From positions 2,324,902 through 2,388,901 of the forward strand of contig CM082585.2 of NCBI GenBank assembly GCA_040954595.2: a DNA stretch of 64,000 bases, in the 5' to 3' direction. The DNA is from Balanoglossus misakiensis. Its lineage: Eukaryota; Animalia; Hemichordata. Shown piece by piece: positions 48,680 through 61,000 of the stretch. How positions within the stretch are numbered: position 1 is the stretch's first letter; each line of letters opens with the position of its first letter. The translations under genes were made by a program, and so were the position numbers. The notes below the pieces were generated by a model. The model did no database searches. It was given only the letters and a program-made list of their open reading frames with translations, and was not told the DNA's origin.

Positions 48680-51600
48680 ATAGGCCTATGCGCATAAGAA
48701 AGTTTTCCACCAGACTCCGTAGATCGACGGATAGTTGTAAAATTTCCATGGTTGTTTCCAAACACAGCCTCGTTCATTTACAAAATTCTGTTGTTATGCG
48801 CTGAACACATACATATGCCTATGCGCATAAGAAAGTTTCCACTAGACTCTGTAGATCGACGGATAGTTCTAAAATTTCCATGATTGCTTCCAAACACATC
48901 CTCGATTATTTACAAAATTCTGTTGTGATGCGCAGAACACATAGATAGGCCTATGCGCATATGAACGTTTTCCACTATACACTGTAGATCGAGAGATAGT
49001 TCTAAAACTTCCATGTTTGCTTCCAAACAGCCTCGTTTATTTGCGGAATTCTGTTTTGAGGCGCAGAACACATAGATAGGCATATGTGAATAAGAAAGTT
49101 TTCCACTATAGACTCTGTAGATCGAGAGATAGTTGTAAAATTTCCATGGTTGCTTCCAAACAGCCTCGTTTATTTACCGATTTCTGTTGTGAGGCGCAGA
49201 ACACATAGATAGGCCTATGCGCATAAAAAACTTTTCAACTTTAGATCAACGGATAGTTCTAAAATTTCCATGGTTGCTTCCAAACACAGCCTCGTTTGTT
49301 TACAAAATTCTGTTGTGATGCGCAGAACACATATATAGGCCTATGCGCATAAGAACGTTTTCCACTAGACTCTGTATATCCACGGATAGCTGTAAAATTG
49401 CCATGTTTGCTTCCAAACAGCCTCGTTTATTTACGGAATTCTGTTTTTAGGCGCAGAACACATAGATAGGCATATGTGCATAAGAAAGTTTTCCACTATA
49501 GACTCTGTAGATCGAGAGATAGTTCTAAAATGTCCATGGTTGCTTCCAAACACAGCCTCGTTTGTTTACAAAATTCTGTTGTGATGCGCAGAACACATAT
49601 ATAGGCCTATGCGCAAAAGAACGTTTTCCACTAGACTCTGTAGATCGACGGATAGCTGTAAAATTTCCATGGTTGCTTCCAAACTGCCTCGTTTATTTAC
49701 CGATTTCTGTTGTGAGGCGCAGAACACATGATAGGCCTATGCGCATAAGACATTTTTCCACTAGACTCTGTAGATCGACGGATAGTTCTAACATTTCCAT
49801 GGTTGCTTCCAAACAGCCTCGTTTATTTACGGAATTCTGTTGTGAGGCGCAGAACACGTAATAGGCCTATGCGCATTAGAAAGTTTTCCACAAGACTCTG
49901 TAGATCGACGGATAGTTGTAAAATGTCCATGGTTGCTTCCAAATACAGCCTCGTTTATTTACCGATTTCTGTTGTGATGCGCATAACACATATATAGGCC
50001 TATGCGCAAAAGAACGTTTTCCACTAGACTCTGTAGATCGACGGATAGCTGTAAAATTTCCATGTTTGCTTGCAAACAGCCTCGTTTATTTACGGAATTC
50101 TGTTTTGAGGCGCAGAACACATGATAGGCCTATGCGCATACGACATTTTTCCACTAGACTCTGTAGATCGACGGATAGTTGTAAAATGTCCATGGTTGCT
50201 TCCAAACAACCTCGTTTGTTTACCGAATTCTGTTGTGATGCGCAGAACACATATATAGGCCTATGCGCATAAGAACGTTTTCCACTAGACTCTGTAGATC
50301 GACGGATAGTTGTAAAATGTTCATGGTTGCTTCCAAATACAGCCTCGTTTATTTACCGATTTCTGTTGTGATGCGCATAACACATAGATAGGCCTATGCG
50401 CATTATAACGTTTTCCACTAGACTCTGTAGATCGACGGATAGTTGTAAAATTTCCATGGTTGCTTCCAAACAGCCTCGTTTATTTACCGAATTCTGTTGT
50501 TAGGCGCAGAACACGTTATAGGCCTATGCGCATAAGAAAGTTTTCCACCAGACTCTGTAGATCGACGGATAGTTGTAAAATTTCCATGGTTGCTTCCAAA
50601 CAGCCTCGTTTATTTACCGAATTCTGTTGTTAGGCGCAGAACACGTTATAGGCCTATGCGCATAAGAAAGTTTTCCACCAGACTCTGTAGATGGACTGAT
50701 AGTTGTAAAATTTCCATGGTTGCTTCCAAACAGCCTCGTTTATTTACTGATTTCTGTTGTGAGGCGCAGAACACATGATAGGCCAATGCGCATAAGACAT
50801 TTTTCCACTAGACTCTGTAGATCGACGGATAGTTGTAAAATTTCCATGGTTGCTTCCAAACAACCTCGTTTGTTTACGAATTCTGTTGTGATGCGCAGAA
50901 CACATATATAGGGCTATGCGCATAAGAAAGTTTTCCACCAGACTCCGTAGATCGACGGATAGTTGTAAAATTTCCATGGTTGCTTCCAAACAGCCTCGTT
51001 TATTTACCGAATTCTGTTGTGAGGCGCAGAACACATAGATAGGCATATGTGCATAAGAAAGTTTTCCACTATAGACTCTGTAGATCGAGAGATAGTTCTA
51101 AAATGTCCATGGTTGCTACCAAACACAGCCTCGTTTGTTTACAAAATTCTGTTGTGATGCGCAGAACACATAGATAGGCCTATGCGCATATGAACGTTTT
51201 CCACCATACACTGTAGATCGAGAGATAGTTCTAAAACTTCCATGTTTGCTTCCAAACAGCCTCGTTTATTTGCGGAATTCTGTTTTGAGGCGCAGAACAC
51301 ATAGATAGGCATATGTGAATAAGAAAGTTTTCCACTATAGACTCTGTAGATCGAGAGATAGTTGTAAAATTTCCATGGTTGCTTCCAAACAGCCTCGTTT
51401 ATTTACCGATTTCTGTTGTGAGGCGCAGAACACATAGATAGGCCTATGCGCATAAAAAACTTTTCAACTTTAGATCAACGGATAGTTCTAAAATTTCCAT
51501 GGTTGTTTCCAAACAGCCTCGTTTATTTACCGAATTCTGTTGTGATGCGTAGAACACATACATATGCCTATGCGCATAAGAAAGTTTTCCACTAGACTCC

Positions 51601-54600
51601 GTAGATCGACGAATAGTTCTAAAATGTCCATGGTTGCTTCCAAACAAAGCCTGGTTTGTTTACAAAATTCTGTTGTGATGCGCAGAACACATAGATAGGC
51701 CTATGCGCATATGAACGTTTTCCACTATACTCTGTAGATCGAGAGATAGTTCTAAAATTTCCATGTTTGCTTCCAAACAGCCTCGTTTATTTACGGAATT
51801 CTGTTTTGAGGCGCAGAACACATAGATAGGCATATGTGCATAAGAAAGTTTTCCACTATAGACTCTGTAGATCGAGAGATAGTTCTAAAATGTCCATGGT
51901 TGCTTCCAAACACAGCCTCGTTTGTTTACAAAATTCTGTTGTGATGCGCAGAACACATATATAGGCCTATGCGCATAATAACGTTTTCCACTAGACTCTG
52001 TACATCGACGGATAGTTGTAAAATTTCCATGGTTGCTTCCAAACAGCCTCGTTTATTTACCGAATTCTGTTGTAAGGCACAGAACACATAGATAGGCCTA
52101 TGTGCATAAGAAAGTTTTCCACTATAGACTCTGTAGATCGAGAGATAGTTCTAAAATGTCCATGGTTGCTTCCAAACACAGCCTCGTTTGTTTACAAAAT
52201 TCTGTTGTGATGCGCAGAACACATATATAGGCCTATGCGCATAATAACGTTTTCCACTAGACTCTGTAGATCGACGGATAGTTGTAAAATTTCCATGGTT
52301 GCTTCCAAACAGCCTCGTTTATTTACCGAATTCTGTTGTGAGGCGCAGAACACATAGATAGGCATATGTGCATAAGAAAGTTTTCCACTATAGACTCTGT
52401 AGATCGAGAGATAGTTCTAAAATGTCCATGGTTGCTACCAAACACAGCCTCGTTTGTTTACAAAATTCTGTTGTGATGCGCAGAACACATATATAGGCCT
52501 ATGCGCATAAGAACGTTTCCACTAGACTCTGTAGATCGACGGATAGTTGTAAAATTTCCATGGTTGCTTCCAAACAGCCTCGTTTATTTACCGAATTCTG
52601 TTGTTAGGCGCAGAACACGTTATAGGCCTATGCGCATAAGAAAGTTTTCCACCAGACTCTGTAGATGGACTGATAGTTGTAAAATTTCCATGGTTGCTTC
52701 CAAACAGCCTCGTTTATTTACTGATTTCTGTTGTGAGGCGCAGAACACATGATAGGCCAATGCGCATAAGACATTTTTCCACTAGACTCTGTAGATCGAC
52801 GGATAGTTGTAAAATTTCCATGGTTGCTTCCAAACAACCTCGTTTGTTTACGAATTCTGTTGTGATGCGCAGAACACATATATAGGCCTATGCGCATAAG
52901 AACGTTTTCCACTAGACTCTGTAGATCGAGAGATAGTTCTAAAATTTCCATGGTTGCTTCCAAACAGCCTCGTTTATTTACCGAATTCTGTTGTGAGACG
53001 CAGAACACGTAATAGGCCTATGCGCATAAGAAAGTTTTCCACCAGACTCCGTAGATCGACGGATAGTTGTAAAATTTCCATGGTTGCTTCCAAACAGCCT
53101 CGTTTATTTACCGAATTCTGTTGTGAGGCGCAGAACACATAGATAGGCATATGTGCATAAGAAAGTTTTCCACTATAGACTCTGTAGATCGAGAGATAGT
53201 TCTAAAATGTCCATGGTTGCTACCAAACACAGCCTCGTTTGTTTACAAAATTCTGTTGTGATGCGCAGAACACATAGATAGGCCTATGCGCATATGAACG
53301 TTTTCCACTATACACTGTAGATCGAGAGATAGTTCTAAAACTTCCATGTTTGCTTCCAAACAGCCTCGTTTATTTGCGGAATTCTGTTTTGAGGCGCAGA
53401 ACACATAGATAGGCATATGTGAATAAGAAAGTTTTCCACTATAGACTCTGTAGATCGAGAGATAGTTGTAAAATTTCCATGGTTGCTTCCAAACAGCCTC
53501 GTTTATTTACCGATTTCTGTTGTGAGGCGCAGAACACATAGATAGGCCTATGCGCATAAAAAACTTTTCAACTTTAGATCAACGGATAGTTCTAAAATTT
53601 CCATGGTTGTTTCCAAACAGCCTCGTTTATTTACCGAATTCTGTTGTGATGCGCAGAACACATATATAGGCCTATGCGCATAATAACGTTTTCCACTAGA
53701 CTCTGTAGATCGACGGATAGTTGTAAAATTTCCATGGTTGCTTTCAAACAGCCTCGTTTATTTACCGAATTCTGTTGTGAGGCGCAGAACACATAGATAG
53801 GCATATGTGCATAAGAAAGTTTTCCACTATAGACTCTGTAGATCGAGAGATAGTTCTAAAATGTCCATGGTTGCTTCCAAACACAGCCTCGTTTGTTTAC
53901 AAAATTCTGTTGTGATGCGCAGAACACATATATAGGCCTATGCGCATAAGAACGTTTCCACTAGACTCTGTAGATCGACGGATAGCTGTAAAATTTCCAT
54001 GGTTGCTTTTAAACAGCCTCGTTTATTTACCGATTTCTGTTGTGAGGCGCAGAACACATAGATAGGCATATGTGCATAAGAAAGTTTTCCACTATAGACT
54101 CTGTAGATCGAGAGATAGTTCTAAAATGTCCATGGTTGCTTCCAAACACAGCCTCGTTTATTTACCGATTTCTGTTGTGATGCGCATAACACATAGATAG
54201 GCCTATGCGCATAAGAACGTTTTCCACTAGACTCTGTAGATCGACGGATAGTTCTAAAATTTCAATGGTTGCTTCCAAACAGCCTCGTTTATTTACCGAA
54301 TTCTGTTGTGATGCGCAGAACACATGATAGGACTATGCGCATAAGAAATTTTTCCACCAGACTCTGTAGATCGACGGATAGTTGTAAAATTTCCATGGTT
54401 GCTTCCAAACAGCATCGTTTATTTACCGAATTCTGTTGTGAGGCGCAGAACACGTAATAGGTCTATGCGCATAAGGAAGTTTTCCACTAGACTCTGTAGA
54501 TCGACGGATAGTTGTACAATTTCCATGGTTGCTTCCAAACAGCCTCTTTTATTTACCGATTTCTGTTGTGAGGCGCAGAACACATGATAGGCCTATGCGC

Positions 54601-57600
54601 ATAAGACATTTTTCCACTAGACTCTGTAGATCGACGGATAGTTCTAAAATTTCCATGGTTGCTTCCAAACAGCCTCGTTTATTTACCGAATTCTGTTGTG
54701 AGGCGCAGAGCACGTAATAGGCCTATGCGCATAAGAAAGTTTTCCACCAGACTCCGTAGATCGACGGATAGTTGTAAAATTTCCATGGTTGTTTCCAAAC
54801 ACAGCCTCGTTCATTTAAAAAATTCTGTTGTTATGCGCTGAACACATACATATGCCTATGCGCATAAGAAAGTTTCCACTAGACTCTGTAGATCGACGGA
54901 TAGTTCTAAAATTTCCATGATTGCTTCCAAACACATCCTCGATTATTTACAAAATTCTGTTGTGATGCGCAGAACACATAGATAGGCCTATGCGCATATG
55001 AACGTTTTCCACTATACACTGTAGATCGAGAGATAGTTCTAAAACTTCCATGTTTGCTTCCAAACAGCCTCGTTTATTTGCGGAATTCTGTTTTGAGGCG
55101 CAGAACACATAGATAGGCATATGTGAATAAGAAAGTTTTCCACTATAGACTCTGTAGATCGAGAGATAGTTGTAAAATTTCCATGGTTGCTTCCAAACAG
55201 CCTCGTTTATTTACCGATTTCTGTTGTGAGGCGCAGAACACATAGATAGGCCTATGCGCATAAAAAACTTTTCAACTTTAGATCAACGGATAGTTCTAAA
55301 ATTTCCATGGTTGCTTCCAAACACAGCCTCGTTTGTTTACAAAATTCTGTTGTGATGCGCAGAACACATATATAGGCCTATGCGCATAAGAACGTTTTCC
55401 ACTAGACTCTGTATATCCACGGATAGCTGTAAAATTGCCATGTTTGCTTCCAAACAGCCTCGTTTATTTACGGAATTCTGTTTTTAGGCGCAGAACACAT
55501 AGATAGGCATATGTGCATAAGAAAGTTTTCCACTATAGACTCTGTAGATCGAGAGATAGTTCTAAAATGTCCATGGTTGCTTCCAAACACAGCCTCGTTT
55601 GTTTACAAAATTCTGTTGTGATGCGCAGAACACATATATAGGCCTATGCGCAAAAGAACGTTTTCCACTAGACTCTGTAGATCGACGGATAGCTGTAAAA
55701 TTTCCATGGTTGCTTCCAAACTGCCTCGTTTATTTACCGATTTCTGTTGTGAGGCGCAGAACACATGATAGGCCTATGCGCATAAGACATTTTTCCACTA
55801 GACTCTGTAGATCGACGGATAGTTCTAACATTTCCATGGTTGCTTCCAAACAGCCTCGTTTATTTACGGAATTCTGTTGTGAGGCGCAGAACACGTAATA
55901 GGCCTATGCGCATTAGAAAGTTTTCCACAAGACTCTGTAGATCGACGGATAGTTGTAAAATGTCCATGGTTGCTTCCAAATACAGCCTCGTTTATTTACC
56001 GATTTCTGTTGTGATGCGCATAACACATATATAGGCCTATGCGCAAAAGAACGTTTTCCACTAGACTCTGTAGATCGACGGATAGCTGTAAAATGTCCAT
56101 GTTTGCTTGCAAACAGCCTCGTTTATTTACGGAATTCTGTTTTGAGGCGCAGAACACATGATAGGCCTATGCGCATACGACATTTTTCCACTAGACTCTG
56201 TAGATCGACGGATAGTTGTAAAATGTCCATGGTTGCTTCCAAACAACCTCGTTTGTTTACCGAATTCTGTTGTGATGCGCAGAACACATATATAGGCCTA
56301 TGCGCATAAGAACGTTTTCCACTAGACTCTGTAGATCGACGGATAGTTGTAAAATGTTCATGGTTGCTTCCAAATACAGCCTCGTTTATTTACCGATTTC
56401 TGTTGTGATGCGCATAACACATAGATAGGCCTATGCGCATTATAACGTTTTCCACTAGACTCTGTAGATCGACGGATAGTTGTAAAATTTCCATGGTTGC
56501 TTCCAAACAGCCTCGTTTATTTACCGAATTCTGTTGTTAGGCGCAGAACACGTTATAGGCCTATGCGCATAAGAAAGTTTTCCACCAGACTCTGTAGATC
56601 GACGGATAGTTGTAAAATTTCCATGGTTGCTTCCAAACAGCCTCGTTTATTTACCGAATTCTGTTGTTAGGCGCAGAACACGTTATAGGCCTATGCGCAT
56701 AAGAAAGTTTTCCACCAGACTCTGTAGATGGACTGATAGTTGTAAAATTTCCATGGTTGCTTCCAAACAGCCTCGTTTATTTACTGATTTCTGTTGTGAG
56801 GCGCAGAACACATGATAGGCCAATGCGCATAAGACATTTTTCCACTAGACTCTGTAGATCGACGGATAGTTGTAAAATTTCCATGGTTGCTTCCAAACAA
56901 CCTCGTTTGTTTACGAATTCTGTTGTGATGCGCAGAACACATATATAGGGCTATGCGCATAAGAAAGTTTTCCACCAGACTCCGTAGATCGACGGATAGT
57001 TGTAAAATTTCCATGGTTGCTTCCAAACAGCCTCGTTTATTTACCGAATTCTGTTGTGAGGCGCAGAACACATAGATAGGCATATGTGCATAAGAAAGTT
57101 TTCCACTATAGACTCTGTAGATCGAGAGATAGTTCTAAAATGTCCATGGTTGCTACCAAACACAGCCTCGTTTGTTTACAAAATTCTGTTGTGATGCGCA
57201 GAACACATAGATAGGCCTATGCGCATATGAACGTTTTCCACCATACACTGTAGATCGAGAGATAGTTCTAAAACTTCCATGTTTGCTTCCAAACAGCCTC
57301 GTTTATTTGCGGAATTCTGTTTTGAGGCGCAGAACACATAGATAGGCATATGTGAATAAGAAAGTTTTCCACTATAGACTCTGTAGATCGAGAGATAGTT
57401 GTAAAATTTCCATGGTTGCTTCCAAACAGCCTCGTTTATTTACCGATTTCTGTTGTGAGGCGCAGAACACATAGATAGGCCTATGCGCATAAAAAACTTT
57501 TCAACTTTAGATCAACGGATAGTTCTAAAATTTCCATGGTTGTTTCCAAACAGCCTCGTTTATTTACCGAATTCTGTTGTGATGCGTAGAACACATACAT

Positions 57601-60600
57601 ATGCCTATGCGCATAAGAAAGTTTTCCACTAGACTCCGTAGATCGACGAATAGTTCTAAAATGTCCATGGTTGCTTCCAAACAAAGCCTGGTTTGTTTAC
57701 AAAATTCTGTTGTGATGCGCAGAACACATAGATAGGCCTATGCGCATATGAACGTTTTCCACTATACTCTGTAGATCGAGAGATAGTTCTAAAATTTCCA
57801 TGTTTGCTTCCAAACAGCCTCGTTTATTTACGGAATTCTGTTTTGAGGCGCAGAACACATAGATAGGCATATGTGCATAAGAAAGTTTTCCACTATAGAC
57901 TCTGTAGATCGAGAGATAGTTCTAAAATGTCCATGGTTGCTTCCAAACACAGCCTCGTTTGTTTACAAAATTCTGTTGTGATGCGCAGAACACATATATA
58001 GGCCTATGCGCATAATAACGTTTTCCACTAGACTCTGTACATCGACGGATAGTTGTAAAATTTCCATGGTTGCTTCCAAACAGCCTCGTTTATTTACCGA
58101 ATTCTGTTGTAAGGCACAGAACACATAGATAGGCCTATGTGCATAAGAAAGTTTTCCACTATAGACTCTGTAGATCGAGAGATAGTTCTAAAATGTCCAT
58201 GGTTGCTTCCAAACACAGCCTCGTTTGTTTACAAAATTCTGTTGTGATGCGCAGAACACATATATAGGCCTATGCGCATAATAACGTTTTCCACTAGACT
58301 CTGTAGATCGACGGATAGTTGTAAAATTTCCATGGTTGCTTCCAAACAGCCTCGTTTATTTACCGAATTCTGTTGTGAGGCGCAGAACACATAGATAGGC
58401 ATATGTGCATAAGAAAGTTTTCCACTATAGACTCTGTAGATCGAGAGATAGTTCTAAAATGTCCATGGTTGCTACCAAACACAGCCTCGTTTGTTTACAA
58501 AATTCTGTTGTGATGCGCAGAACACATATATAGGCCTATGCGCATAAGAACGTTTCCACTAGACTCTGTAGATCGACGGATAGTTGTAAAATTTCCATGG
58601 TTGCTTCCAAACAGCCTCGTTTATTTACCGAATTCTGTTGTTAGGCGCAGAACACGTTATAGGCCTATGCGCATAAGAAAGTTTTCCACCAGACTCTGTA
58701 GATGGACTGATAGTTGTAAAATTTCCATGGTTGCTTCCAAACAGCCTCGTTTATTTACTGATTTCTGTTGTGAGGCGCAGAACACATGATAGGCCAATGC
58801 GCATAAGACATTTTTCCACTAGACTCTGTAGATCGACGGATAGTTGTAAAATTTCCATGGTTGCTTCCAAACAACCTCGTTTGTTTACGAATTCTGTTGT
58901 GATGCGCAGAACACATATATAGGCCTATGCGCATAAGAACGTTTTCCACTAGACTCTGTAGATCGAGAGATAGTTCTAAAATTTCCATGGTTGCTTCCAA
59001 ACAGCCTCGTTTATTTACCGAATTCTGTTGTGAGACGCAGAACACGTAATAGGCCTATGCGCATAAGAAAGTTTTCCACCAGACTCCGTAGATCGACGGA
59101 TAGTTGTAAAATTTCCATGGTTGCTTCCAAACAGCCTCGTTTATTTACCGAATTCTGTTGTGAGGCGCAGAACACATAGATAGGCATATGTGCATAAGAA
59201 AGTTTTCCACTATAGACTCTGTAGATCGAGAGATAGTTCTAAAATGTCCATGGTTGCTACCAAACACAGCCTCGTTTGTTTACAAAATTCTGTTGTGATG
59301 CGCAGAACACATAGATAGGCCTATGCGCATATGAACGTTTTCCACTATACACTGTAGATCGAGAGATAGTTCTAAAACTTCCATGTTTGCTTCCAAACAG
59401 CCTCGTTTATTTGCGGAATTCTGTTTTGAGGCGCAGAACACATAGATAGGCATATGTGAATAAGAAAGTTTTCCACTATAGACTCTGTAGATCGAGAGAT
59501 AGTTGTAAAATTTCCATGGTTGCTTCCAAACAGCCTCGTTTATTTACCGATTTCTGTTGTGAGGCGCAGAACACATAGATAGGCCTATGCGCATAAAAAA
59601 CTTTTCAACTTTAGATCAACGGATAGTTCTAAAATTTCCATGGTTGTTTCCAAACAGCCTCGTTTATTTACCGAATTCTGTTGTGATGCGCAGAACACAT
59701 ATATAGGCCTATGCGCATAATAACGTTTTCCACTAGACTCTGTAGATCGACGGATAGTTGTAAAATTTCCATGGTTGCTTTCAAACAGCCTCGTTTATTT
59801 ACCGAATTCTGTTGTGAGGCGCAGAACACATAGATAGGCATATGTGCATAAGAAAGTTTTCCACTATAGACTCTGTAGATCGAGAGATAGTTCTAAAATG
59901 TCCATGGTTGCTTCCAAACACAGCCTCGTTTGTTTACAAAATTCTGTTGTGATGCGCAGAACACATATATAGGCCTATGCGCATAAGAACGTTTCCACTA
60001 GACTCTGTAGATCGACGGATAGCTGTAAAATTTCCATGGTTGCTTTTAAACAGCCTCGTTTATTTACCGATTTCTGTTGTGAGGCGCAGAACACATAGAT
60101 AGGCATATGTGCATAAGAAAGTTTTCCACTATAGACTCTGTAGATCGAGAGATAGTTCTAAAATGTCCATGGTTGCTTCCAAACACAGCCTCGTTTGTTT
60201 ACAAAATTCTGTTGTGATGCGCAGAACACATATATAGGCCTATGCGCATAAGAACGTTTCCACTAGACTCTGTAGATCGACGGATAGCTGTAAAATTTCC
60301 ATGGTTGCTTTTAAACAGCCTCGTTTATTTACCGATTTCTGTTGTGAGGCGCAGAACACATAGATAGGCATATGTGCATAAGAAAGTTTTCCACTATAGA
60401 CTCTGTAGATCGAGAGATAGTTCTAAAATGTCCATGGTTGCTTCCAAACACAGCCTCGTTTATTTACCGATTTCTGTTGTGATGCGCATAACACATAGAT
60501 AGGCCTATGCGCATAAGAACGTTTTCCACTAGACTCTGTAGATCGACGGATAGTTCTAAAATTTCAATGGTTGCTTCCAAACAGCCTCGTTTATTTACCG

Positions 60601-61000
60601 AATTCTGTTGTGATGCGCAGAACACATGATAGGACTATGCGCATAAGAAATTTTTCCACCAGACTCTGTAGATCGACGGATAGTTGTAAAATTTCCATGG
60701 TTGCTTCCAAACAGCATCGTTTATTTACCGAATTCTGTTGTGAGGCGCAGAACACGTAATAGGTCTATGCGCATAAGGAAGTTTTCCACTAGACTCTGTA
60801 GATCGACGGATAGTTGTACAATTTCCATGGTTGCTTCCAAACAGCCTCTTTTATTTACCGATTTCTGTTGTGAGGCGCAGAACACATGATAGGCCTATGC
60901 GCATAAGACATTTTTCCACTAGACTCTGTAGATCGACGGATAGTTCTAAAATTTCCATGGTTGCTTCCAAACAGCCTCGTTTATTTACCGAATTCTGTTG
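48680..61000. repeat. Near-identical tandem block duplication, 6037-bp period (~46 monomers); second copy has one extra 265-bp dimer near 60.2-60.45 kb
   Basis: Offset 6037 for 49562/55599, 50744/56781, 52501/58538 and 52954/58991, then 6302 (=6037+265) for 54269/60571. Boundaries approximate. Confidence 0.85.
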
